This document shows positions 24,877 through 37,000 of a stretch of 64,000 nucleotides of DNA, one piece after another. Both the position numbers and the translations under genes were made by a program. The first letter of the stretch is position 1. Every line of letters begins with the position of its first letter. The DNA comes from an uncultured Conexibacteraceae bacterium (GTDB taxonomy: Bacteria > Actinomycetota > Thermoleophilia > Solirubrobacterales > Solirubrobacteraceae): assembly GCA_963778315.1 (NCBI GenBank), contig CAVZTZ010000003.1:252497-316496 (forward strand), written 5' to 3'. The notes under the pieces were generated by a model. The model ran no database searches. It worked only from the letters and a program-made list of their open reading frames with translations, and was not told the origin of the DNA.

Positions 24877-25064
24877 CTCAACCGCGAGAGGACCTGGAAC
24901 GGGAGTGCCAGGCAGTTGGAGCTACGGACGGCTCGACCGAGAGAGAGACGGGCAGCGTCGCCTGGGCGTTTGGTGACGCACCATGTGTGTGACGGGTCCC
25001 TTTTGGGGGCTTGGTACGGGCGTTACCGAATGATTCAGGTTTCCACACCAGAGGGTGCTGGCCC

Positions 25065-28000
25065 GTGCGCGGCCACCTGACCCCAACGCTGGCGGGCAGC
25101 AGCTCCGGCGTGCTCGGCGCTCCGGGTCTCAGCGGCCTCGGGACACGGCGCCAGCGACTGCTGTTCGCGCTCTTTGCGCTCCTCGCGATGGCTGTGCCGT
25201 ACGCGGGCTCGGCGGCCTACGCGATCCGGGCGGCAGTCGATCCGGTTGCGGTCACGACCCCGCTCCCGGCGCTGAACCTCCCGGCTCCGAGCTTCCCAGA
25301 ACTGACCGCGCCGAAGCTGCGCCAGGCGCCGGCGATCCCGACGGTCGCCGAGGTGCGCAGCCACATGCTCAAGGTCAACCACACGACGAGCACGACGACA
25401 CGGCAGACCACAACCTCCACGCAGCGCGTGGTCTCGACGGGCGCCCCGGCGACACAGCAGGTTCCGGTCATCTCGAGCAGCTTCAACATGCTGCCCAAGA
25501 CGCAGAAGACGAGTCACGGCAAGGCCAGCAACCGCTTCGCCAACGCGCCCGTCGTCCATCAGAGCAGCGGCCCGGCCGCGACGCTCGAAAGCGGCTCGAC
25601 CACGCCCCCGCCGATCGTGACTTACCAGGCGCCGCCGGCCAGTGGCACCGAGAGCGCCGATGTGGCGCAGGAGAGCGCCGATGTGGCGCAGGAGAGCGCC
25701 GATGACACGCCCGCCAGCGCCCCGGTCGTTCCGACGGAGACCACGGCGGCACCAGCTACGACGGTTCCTCCGACGGCCACGACACCAGCTCCGACGGCCA
25801 CAACACCGGCCACGACGGCGACGACGCCGGCTGCGGCTCCTGAGACCGCTGCCCCGGCTGAGACGGCACCCTCAAGCTCGACTGGAGCTGGAGGCTCGAC
25901 GGCGACGATCAGCTCACCGGCCGCGGGCTCGATCTCCAGTCCGGCAGACTCCGGTCAGATTGCAACCACGTCCGCTCCGGCGCCCACTCCGCAGACCGTC
26001 ACCGAGACGACCACGCAGACGGTCACCCAGACCGTGACGGTTCCGGTCACGACGACGACCGTGACCGCGGTGAACGTCGACGTGCCGTCGGTGAGGAACA
26101 CACAGGTGCAGTTCGGCGGCGTCAACACGGCGCCGGTGGCAGTGGCCGCCACGCCGCAGCTGACCGCGGCCGTGGGGCCGACGGCGACCCAGTCCGGCAA
26201 CGCCGCGCCCGCAGAGCTTGCGGCGGGCAGTGGCGGCGGTAACGCGGGGACGGGCAGCGACGAATCGACCGGCAGCAGCCCAGCAATGCTGACGACGGCC
26301 GACGCGGCGGCGCCTCGGGCGGCCGAGATCACGGCCCCGAGCGCAGCGCCCACCATCTCCAGTGATCCGGCTTCGGACCCGGGGAGCGGCCGCGGACCCC
26401 CGAGCCCGGCCTCCGAGAGCAATTCTGCGCCCGCCGCCGGGGACGGTAACCCCGTCTCGGTGTCGGTCAACGGAGGTTCGGCCCAGAGCGCCGTCGGCTT
26501 CGGCTCGGTCAGCCAGGGCACGTCGGACACCTTGACCCTGACACTCGCGGACATCGAGGGCGCATCAAGCGGTGTCACGAACCTCCAGGTCTCCTTCCAG
26601 GAGACCACCTCCAACGGCAGCGGCGGCACCCGGAGCGGGGACTTCACGCTGACGGGCCCGGGCAGCAATACGAACATCGGTGACACCGGCGGCACCAGCA
26701 CGCCGACAGCAAGCGCGGCGCTGAGCTTCACGGCGCCAAACAGGTCGGAGAGCAGCTACAGCGGCATCCTCACGATCACGGGAACGCTGTGCAACACCAG
26801 CTCGTCGAACACGCAGGACTGCAGCGGCAGCTTCACTGAGACGATCGATGTCAGCGCCAGCGCGTCGGCATGGAGCTACAGCGACGGCACCCTGACGCTG
26901 AGCGCGAGCTCGCTCAGCAGCGACCTGTTGAGCGGCACCGTTCAGTTCGACTCCGGCGGCTCCGTCGAGCTGATCAGCAACGGCGTCGACGACACGTACA
27001 CGCCGAGCGGCGCCGTCAACGCCGTTGACATCTACGGCGGGACCGGTGGCGCCAACAATCTGACGATCACGGGATCCCTGCCGGCGAACGTGGTCTACAC
27101 CGGTGGGGGAACGAGCAACACGCTCAGCCTGTCGGTCGCAGGCGGCGAAGCAGCGGTCTGGGCCGTCAGCGGCGATCAGGCGGGCACGTTCAGCGGGATC
27201 ATCCCGCAGTCCGGCAGCAAGCCGGCGAGCGCAGATCTCTACGGGATCACGTTCTCCGCGGTCAGCGCCGTGCAGGTCGATGGCGGCGGTCAGCCGCTGG
27301 TGATCACCGGCGTGCCGCAGGACACGCTGACCTCCGTCCCCGGCACCCTGACACTCGATGGAACGACGGTCGCCTACGCGAACGTCAGCCAGGTGGCGGT
27401 GCTCAACCAGCTCGGCGCCGCGAGCATCACCGCGGGCGCCTCCCCCGCCACTGTCACCTCCACGCCCGTCGGCTCGCTACTCAGCACCCTCGACACCGGC
27501 AAGCTGTTTCCGGCAGGCGTCGGCGCAGCAACGACGATCTCTGATGTCGGCGGCGGTGGAGCGATCCCAGTGGCGCTGGTCGCACCAGTCGACAGCTTCC
27601 AGATCAACGGCACGGCCGTGACGCTGAGCCAGGCGGTTGGCGTCAGCGTCGTCGGCCAGTCGACCGAACTGACCCAGGTCCAGCTCGGGTCTGTCGCGAT
27701 GGGGACGGTGTCAGGCGGGCTTCAGCTGGCGCTGACCAACACGGTCGGTGGGAGCAATGGGGTGAGCTCCGTCAACGTCACGCTGATCCAGCCAGGCAGC
27801 ACCTTTGCCGGCACCGCCGGATCTGACTCGCTCAGCGCTGTCGCCGTCAGTCTCACCCTGACGGGAGGTGTCGTCGACCTCACGCTGAAGTTCACCGCGC
27901 CCCTGACCCAGGCGTTGTACTCGGCGACTCTGAAGATCACGGGAACCGCCCTTGGCGCCGGCTTCACCGAGGAGATCCCGATTCTCGCCTCGGCCTCGGC

Positions 28001-31000
28001 GTGGTCCTACAGCGCCGGCACGCTGAGCCTCGCCGCCGGGTTCCTATCAACGGTCGGTGGCGTCCTCGACCAGACGCTCACCCTGGCGAGCGCCAGTGAC
28101 ATCTCGCTGACGGGGGCGAGCGGCTACGCCGACACATTCATCGCACCGTCGGGGAGCACGGACGCAGTGACGACGGTGCTCCTCACCGGCGGCACGGCGG
28201 GCAACAATGATCTGACCGTGATCGCGCCCGGCGCGCTGCCGGTTGCAGTGAGCTATACCGGTCACGGCAACGACGTCCTCAGCGTGCCGGTCGCCTCGAG
28301 CGAGCTCGGCGTGCTCAGCGCGCAGCCGGGCGGTGGCTGGCAGATCGGCGGCTACGGCACGGTCGCTGACGCCCGTCAGCTGTCCTTCAGCGGCGTCAGC
28401 ACGCTTGAGGTCGCCGGTGGTGGCGCCGGGCTGGTCATCTCCGGGCCGAGCTCAGGGTTCACGACGGCCGCGGACACGGCGACAAGCGCGACCGCCGGAA
28501 CCGTCGCGATCCCGGGCCTGACCATCGGCTACACAGGTACCGACGCGGTCATCCTGCTCGGCAGCGTCGGCACCGCCACCGTCTCCGGCTCGAGCGGTAC
28601 CGAGGCAACTGACGCACTCTTCACCGAGACGGTCGATCCGAGCGAGCTCAGTGTCCCCACCTCCGTCCAGCAGGCGGCGCTCCAGCCCGTGTCGGCGACG
28701 ACCCCGTTGACCGCTGTCGGTGGCGCCGGGTTCCCTGCGTTCGCCCTCGAGCCGCCGTCGGGCAGCCTGACGTTCGACGGCGCGACGTCTGTGCCGACAC
28801 TGACCGGCCCGCTCGCGGTGTCGGGCTCGGGCGGCTCGACGGGCAACGTCGGCTTCGGTGGCGTCACCAGCGGCACCACGGCCACGGACATCGTCACGCT
28901 GACCGATGCGGTCGGCGGCGAGATCACGAATCTCGTCGCGGCGCTCGGCAACGACACCGGCACCGGCTTCGCGATCCTGACGGGCCTCTCGGCGACCACC
29001 GTCAATTCCGACGGCCAGGTGACGCTGACGATCACCTTCAAGCCGGGCACCGGCAGTGAGACGGCGAGCCTCACCGTGCGCGGCGACCAGGCTGGTGGCG
29101 GCACGTTCAGCGAGACGATTTTGCTCAGCGGCCACCCGACCGCCTGGAGCTACAACTCGGGCACGCTGAGCCTGAACGCGACCGCGCTCCCCTCAGGCGT
29201 GATCGACGGCACGCTCTCACTCGTGTCGGGCGGCGCGATCACCTATACCGACTCGAGCGGCGCGGATGCGTTCACGCCGACGGTGGCGACGCCGGTCACC
29301 ACGGTCGAGATCACCGGCGCGGGCGGTACCGCGGCCAACACGCTCACGATCCTGACGGCCGGACAGCTGCCCGAGAACGTCGTCTTCAACGGCAGCTCGG
29401 ACAAGGACACAGTCAACGTGCCGGTTGCGGACGACGAGGCGGCAAGCGTCACCCTGACCTCCGCGTACACGGGATCGGTGACCGGCGTGACGCCGTCATC
29501 CGGCGCCGGAACGGTCGACGCGCACAAGCTGACGTTCTCCGGGGTCTCGACACTGAACGTCACCGGCGGCACAAAGCAGCTGGTCGTCGGCGGCACGGAC
29601 TATCTCGGCGGTCTCAGCGCCACCCCGACCGGATCGTCCAGCGGCACCTTGCAGCTGACCGATGCCAGCAGCGGCTTCACAACGACGATCGGCTTCAGCG
29701 ATGTCAGCCAGGCGGTCGTCGTCAACGACGTCAACGACGAAACGGTGACGAGCGCGGGCTCCGCCGCGACAACGACAGTCGCAGGCGCGATCGCAACGGT
29801 GCTGTCCGGCGTGACGCTGCCATCGGATCTGACCTCAACGAGCTCACTGACCGGCGTCACTGCAACCGGCGAGGTGCCGTTTGCTTTCTCGCTCGCGACC
29901 GAGACGCTGACGATCGACGGGCAGACGAGCTCGGTCGGCAGCAGCAATGGCGGGCTCCTGAGCTTCGTGCAAAAGGCGATCACAAGCGGCGTCGCGCAGC
30001 TCACCGGCGATGTCCTCAACCTCGGAACTGTCACGGTCAACTCGCCCGTGACCGACACGCTGTCGCTCGGCGCAGTCAGCGGAGCGCTGCAGACCCTGCT
30101 CGAGACGGTCAGCTCGCTCGGCAGTCTCGTGTTCAGCAATACCAGCGGCTTCACGGCTCGGCTCGGCACCGGCACCCTCGACAGCGGGCTGCCGCTCAAC
30201 ATCACCTTCACGCCGACCGCATCCGAGGAGGGCACCACGGTCACCAGCCTGCTGACGCTGACCGGCACGATCCCGCTCGTCCAGCAGGTCTTCAGCAGCA
30301 CACTGACGCTCGTCGCCACGGTCACGAGCTGGGCCTTCGACACAACGACCGGAGCGCTGAGCCTCAGCACGAACAACAGCGACCTCGGCTCGAGCCCCGG
30401 GACGCTGACGTTTGCCAGCGACGGAGCCATCACCCTCGGCGACGCCGCCGGTCTCGTCGACAGCTTCGTCGCCAGCGGCAGTGAGACGGTCAAGTCGATC
30501 ACGGTCGACGCGAGCAGCGCCGCGAACGGCGTCTTCTCGATCGTCGCGGACGGCGCCCTGCCGGCCAACCTCACCTTCAAGGGCGACCGGTCGACACTGA
30601 CGGGGCCGGCCTTCGCCAGCGCCGACACCGCCCTGTACACGCTGACGGGCACCGACACGACCGGCACCGGCGGCAATACCATCTCGATCCTCGGCAGCGC
30701 CAGCGGCGCGACCGAGGTCTTGTTCAGCGGCGTCTCGAGCCTGGTCGGCGCGGCCGACTCCACCAACCAGTTCGTGTTCGGATCGGGTGCCTTCGCCAGC
30801 GGCGCGACCGGGATCCCGGGCGCACTCGACGGTGGTCTCGGCAGCGTCTCTCAGGTGCTCGTCGACGCACCCACAAGCGGCGACTACGGCCTTGTCGACG
30901 CGAGCCTTGTCAATGGGGTCGGGTCGCTCGGGGTCAACGAGGACCCGCTCAGCCTCAGCAACGTCAGCTCGCTCGACGTGCTTGGGACCGCGACGTGCGC

Positions 31001-34000
31001 GGTGATCGACTCGACCGCGAGCGACTGCAGCGGCTCGAGCGGCAGCTCAGGATCAGGCAGCACCCCCGGCAGCGCCGTCTCGATCGTCACCGCCAGCGCG
31101 CTGGGACTCGCGAGCAGCACGCTCTCCGGTGCGACCGACCTGGATGTGATCGGCGAGGCGACGAGCGCGATCGCGCTGCTGCAGCCGGTTTCGCTGCTCG
31201 TCAACGACGTGGCCGCCGACCTCGGGATCACGTTGCCCGGCGGCACCACCCAGGGGCTTGACTTCGGGACCGTCACGCTCGGATCGACGACGCCCAGCTC
31301 GTTGATCAGCTCGGTCGCGTCACTGGTCAGCGGTGCCACCCTCGGGATCCTCACGATCACGCTCGGGTCGGCGACGGAGAACGGCTCGACGCTGGGCACC
31401 AATCCGTTCAAGGTGCTCGGCGGTGACTGTGGCGGCAGCAACCCGGCATGCACGACGACCGGCAGCGGCCAGGCGACGTCGGTCCAGTTGGACCCGACGG
31501 ACCTGACCGGCGACGGCGTGCTGTCCTCCTCGCTGACGCTCACGGCGACGATCGGAACGACTCAGTACTCGATCACGGTTCCGCTCAGCGCGATCGTCAC
31601 GGCCTGGTCGCTGACCGGCACCACCCTGAACTTCTTCGACGGACTGCAGCAGGCAGCGGGCGCGACCGACACGTTGACGTTCAACCCCAACGGCAGCATC
31701 TCGCTGGCCAACGCCGGGACCTCGTTCGTCGATTCCTTCCTGGCGTCGTCGGGCCAGACAGTCGATCAGATCGACATCAGCGGTTCGGGGTCGAGCTCAG
31801 GCCAGATCCTCAACATCCAGTCCGCTGGATCGCTCCCAGAGAACCTGAGCGTGACCGACGTCGGGAACCTGATCACGCCGGCGTTCGGCGCCGGCCAGAC
31901 GCTCGTCGCCGACCTCGGCAACAGCACCAGTGGCAACACGATCAGCGCCCTCACCAACGGTGTCCAGGACGCGACGTCGATCGCGTTCACCGATGTGAGC
32001 ACGCTCACGACCGCCGCGGAGAGTACTGCGAACGTAGTCATCGAAGACACGGTGCCCGGCCTGTCGAGCATCGTCGGCGGCCTCGAGAGCGTCACCAACG
32101 TTGTGCTGACGACGCTCACCAGTCTCACCGAGACGCTGGTCGGCGACGTCCTCAACGATCTCGACGGGCTGACTCTGTCCGGGCTCACGAGTCTGATCGA
32201 CCCGGTGCCGATGACGAACGTCGAGATCGACGGAGCAACGGACGCACCCGACACCTTCCTTGTCACGTCGACGAACCTGACGAACATCCTCAGCTCGGTG
32301 ACGGCTGACCTCAGCCCTCTGACGAACCTGCTCTACAAGATCCCGGCGGTCAAGTCGGTGGTCAGCAGCGCAGAGGCACTCGCGACGCTCAACCTGATCG
32401 CGGTGGCCGATGTTGGCCCCAAGCCGCTGGCGATGGTGTTCGCGCCTCCGACTCAGTCACTGACGATCAACGGCGAGGGCGGTCTCGATCTGACGGCGAT
32501 CGTCGGTGACATCGCGCTGCCGGGTGCGAACTTCACGGTCACCAGCGGCGCGATCGTCGTGTTGGGCACCGATGTCAGCACCGGCGTCAGCAACATGGCA
32601 TCGGTCCTGCCGAGCTCGATCGCGACGCCGCTCGAGGCGATCAACTCCCTCCTCAGCCTGATCCCGCAGCTGACGACGATCGACACCACCTGCGGCACCT
32701 CCTGCTCCACCGACGGCGCGATCACGCTCAACGCCGACGGGACGAACATCGGGTTGCAGCTCGACCTCGCGCCGCTGCTGTCCGGTCTCGGCTCCGTTCC
32801 CGGAGTCGACCTGTTGAGCTCGGTGTCGGCCGATCTGGACGTGTCCGCCGGACTGTTGGCGATCGCCGGCGCCACGATCAAGGGGGGCAGCGTCGATCTC
32901 GTTGCCAGCTCGACCCCGACCTCGGCAGGTCCGGCCGCCGCCGTGACGACCGACGTGACGGCGTCCCTCGCCGACGTCGTCCTGCTGTCCGACAGCATCG
33001 AGGCGACAGGCGCCGACAGCGCCGCGCCGGCGGCGAACGCGTCGACGCCGCAGGATGCTGGCACCGCGGGGAGCTCGCCGCCAAGCTGCGGCACCGCTCT
33101 GTGCGTGATCGCCAACTCCGCCCCGACCGTGACGGCGGACTCGACCAGCGCGAACCTGCTCCCGGGGGCCGACGCCGCCGTCGCGACCGACATCGTCGCC
33201 TCGGTCGCAGACATCCTGGTGACGGGCTCCGATCTGATCGCCAAGACAGGCTCCGTCGACGTGCTCGCGAACAATGCGCCGGACGTCACCGGGACGGCCG
33301 CCTCGAGCGGGACCGTCGCTGGCGCGTCCGTGGCCGCGACGATCCTCGTCGAGACGACGGACGACGACGTGCTGCTGAGCACGCTCAGCGGCACCAACGT
33401 CGACGTCGCGGCCGGGTCGGGCGGGTCGGTGACGGCGACCGCGACCGCGAACGCCGGCGGTACCGCCGGCAGCAACGGCGCGCTGCAGACCGCCGTTCAG
33501 TCCGCGCTCTCGCTCGTGACGGCACAGCTTGGCACCGGCAGCCTGGCGCTGCCGGCAGCGGCAGCGGCGCTCGGCGTCTCCGTGCTCGTCAACAACACCG
33601 AGGCGTCGATCGACGGTGGCACGGTGACGGCGACGGGCACGGTCGGCCTCGCCGCCACCGGGGGAACAAGCAGCCAGGCGACCGGTGACGCGTCCCAGGC
33701 CGACGACACGACGACGAGCGCCGCGGTCGGCGTCGGCGTCGCGCTCGACCTCGCGCTGGTGACGACCGATGCGTCCCTCGGCGTCAACCCCGACATCACG
33801 GCGCCGAGCGGCCTGATGGTGTCGGCCGAGGTTCCCGCATCCGCGATGTTCGGCGCTGCCGCCAACTCAGGTGCGGGAGACGCTGATCTCGCCGGCGACG
33901 GCGCGCTGGCGGCGAGCGTGGCGGTCGTGCTGACGACCGCCGGCATCGGGACCGAGGGCGTTCCGGGCGACCCGAACGTCAACAGCGCGAACACGACGGT

Positions 34001-37000
34001 GGACGCGAGCAACGCCAGCTCCAGCACGGCGACGGCCAGCGCAATCAACTCGAGCGCGCAGCTCGTGGGCGTTGGGCCGTCGGCAGCGCTGAACGTCGGC
34101 TTCGAGACGACCACAGCCGAGATCCCGGCCGGAAGCTCGATCGAGAACGCGAACTCGCTCGATATGGATGCGACCGACACACCCTCGCTGACCACCACGG
34201 CCGACGGCGGCGCAAGCGGCGAGGCAGCGGTCGGAGCGGCGACAGCGGTCACGGTCGCCGTCGTCACGACGACCGCACAGCTCGGCACCGGCACCACGCT
34301 GACGCTCGCCGGCAACCTCGATCTGACCGCCGACAACGACCCGTCGCAGACCACCACCGCGACCGGGGACGCCAGCAGCGGGACGGCGGGCGCGGCGATC
34401 GCGGTCGCTCTGACGCTCGGCGTCGACAGCGCAAACGTGACGAGCGACCGTGACGTCACCGCCGGCGGGACCGTGACGTTCAAGGCGGACGGCACGCCGA
34501 CCGCGCAGACGACGGCGACGGCCGGCGCCGCCGGCGGACCGAGCAGCGGCGGTGTGGCGGCACTCGTCGGCGATGTGCAGACGGTCGCAGGCGACGTGCT
34601 GAACGCACTGCCGGGAACGCTCCCGCTGCCGACGTCCGAGATTCCATCGGTGCTCTCGACCGTCGAGTCGATCGACGGCGGCAACGACCTCGGCGCGGCG
34701 GCCGCGATCGCCGCCAACATCCTGCTCAGCACGGTCACAGCCACGATCCCGGCGGGCACCACGATCGATGCGACGAGCGGCGCGGTGATCGACAGCGCCA
34801 CCGGAGCCGCGACGGCCGGCGCGACCGCGACCGGGACCGCCGGCGCGTCTGTCGGTGACAGCGTCGCCGTCGCCGTCAACCTACCGATCATCACCGAGGC
34901 CGCGACCGGCACCGGCATCGTGAACTCGCCGAGCCTGAGCGTGTGCGCCGGCACAGCCGCGTGCTCCGGCACTGGTAGCGCGCATCAGCTGTCCGCCTCC
35001 GCGACCTCCGGTACGGTCGCGAGCGCCGCTGGAGGGGCCGAGGCGATCGCGCTGAACGTCTCCGTCGTGACGACCGTTGCCACGCTCGTGACCGGCGCCC
35101 GCGGCCCGCCGCCGTCAGCCCCCGAATCAATCACGGTGTCGGCGGCAGCCGCCACCAAGGCGGCGGCCACAGCGACCACGCAGAGCGAGAACGGCGGCTC
35201 GGCGATCCTCGGTCTCGGCGCCTCACTTGCAGTGTCGCTCGCAGCGAACACGACCGTCGCCCTCGTTACCGGCACGGACCCACTCGAAAGCTTCGGCGGC
35301 GCCATCGACGTCAACGCCACGAGCGCGCCGAGCACCTCGGCAATTGCAACGTCGGGTGCCAGCGGCACCGCCGGCGTCGCCGGCGGAGCAGCCGTCACGG
35401 TTGCGCTCAACACAACGATCGCGGCGCTCTCAAGCGGAGCGACCAGCGCCGGCGGCGACATCACCGTCACCGCCTCGGAGACACCGTCAAGCACCAGCAG
35501 CGCGACGGACGCGGTCGCCGGCTCGGTGGGCATCGGCGCGGCGTTGGCCACGACCCTGGCCGCGGACACCACTCTGGCGAGCACACTCGGAACGATCGAC
35601 ACCGGTACGAGCGGCGGCACCCTGATGGTCCAGGCGACCGACACGGCCCAGAGCACCGCGACCCCCACGAGCAGCGCCACGGCCACGGCCGGTGCCGACG
35701 GCAACAGCGCATGCTCCGCCACGACGAAGGTCGCATGTGACGCGCTGTCTGCGCTGACCTCGATCGTCAACACCGCCACCTCCGTCTTCTCGTCGCTGCC
35801 GTCGGCGAAGTCGCTGCCGTTGACGTCGATCTCCGGGCTCGTGTCGATCCCGTCCGTGCCGACGCTGCCGACGCTGCCGTCGATGTCATCGCTGCCGAAC
35901 GGAATCGGCGCCGGTGCAGCGATCGCGCTCGACGTGCCCGTCGTGACGACCACGGCGCTCGTCGGTGTCGGCACGGTCACCACGGGCAGCGCCATGACCA
36001 CCGTCAACGCGGACGCCTCAGGGCGCAAGGACAGTTCGTCGGCAACGGGAACCACTGCAGGCGGCGACGCGGTCGGCGCCGGCTTGGCGATCGCCGTCAC
36101 GGCCGCGATCGACGCGACGACCGCAGTCGTCGACGCCACGACGGTGACCGCCGGGTCGCTGACCGTCGCGGCCGCGCACAACGGCGGCGAGCAGACCTCC
36201 AACTTCAGCAGCACCGCGACCTCGGGCGACACCGGCCTGACGGACGCCGCCGGCGCGGTCGCGATCACGATCACGACCGTCACCACGATCGCGTCGATCC
36301 CGACCGCCTCCGTCACCAGCACTGGGCCGGTGGATGTGACGGCCGGCTCGGCACCGACGGCCGGCTCACTTGCGCAGCCCGCAAGCGGCGGCGACGGGCT
36401 GTCGCTCGCGTTCACGCTCGCGAACAACGTCACCCTCGCCGAGACCGGCGCCACGATCACCGGATCCGGGATCAACGTCAACGTCACCGCCAGCGGCGAC
36501 TACCAGACGACGTCGAACGCAACGGCGGGCGCGACCGACAGCGGCCTGTCGGTGGCGGCGGCGCTCGCGGTGTCCCTGGCAGTGAACACGACCGCGTCGG
36601 CGCTGATCGGCGGAACGATCGGCACGCCGGGAACGCCGGTCGGCACGGTCACGGTCACCGCGGCGCCCACAGCGAACACCACGGCGACCGCTCTCGGCGT
36701 CAGCAGCGGCGTCGGGCTCGTCGGCCCGATCGCGGTCAACATCGCAATCGACACGACGCTGGCGACGTCAGCGGCGAACGTCTACGCGAACGAGCTCGAT
36801 GTGTCCGCGATCGGCTCACCGACCAGCGCGGCGGACGCCACCGCCGCTCCGAACGGGATCGGCTCCACCGGCGACACCACCGCCGACTCCCTGATCGACA
36901 GCTGGCTCGCCAGCGCAACCAACGAGATCGGCTCGCTGCCGACGACGCTGCCCGGGACCGATCTGCTCAAGACGGCGACCAGCGCGACACCCACGGCACT

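Noticed and set aside
24882-25064. Riboswitch (for example ydaO/c-di-AMP type) in the giant-gene leader, because of the ACGGG and CCGAAT strings
   Set aside because: Only short, non-specific matches are present. I cannot reconstruct any known riboswitch secondary structure by eye, so it is left as an unassigned leader.
25146-25170. Twin-arginine (Tat) signal (T-RRQRLLF)
   Set aside because: It is only a loose match to S/T-RR-x-F-L-K. A protein of more than 13,000 aa made of extracellular repeat domains is far more plausibly exported unfolded. It is kept as a generic signal or anchor.
25642-26037. Plus-strand ORFs in frames 1 and 2 across 25-64 kb (for example 25642..26037, 31448..32308, 57908..58801 and 63038..63874)
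   Set aside because: These are off-frame readings of the giant gene. Their sequence is Arg/Pro/Ser-rich nonsense, they are short, and they are not collinear with one another.
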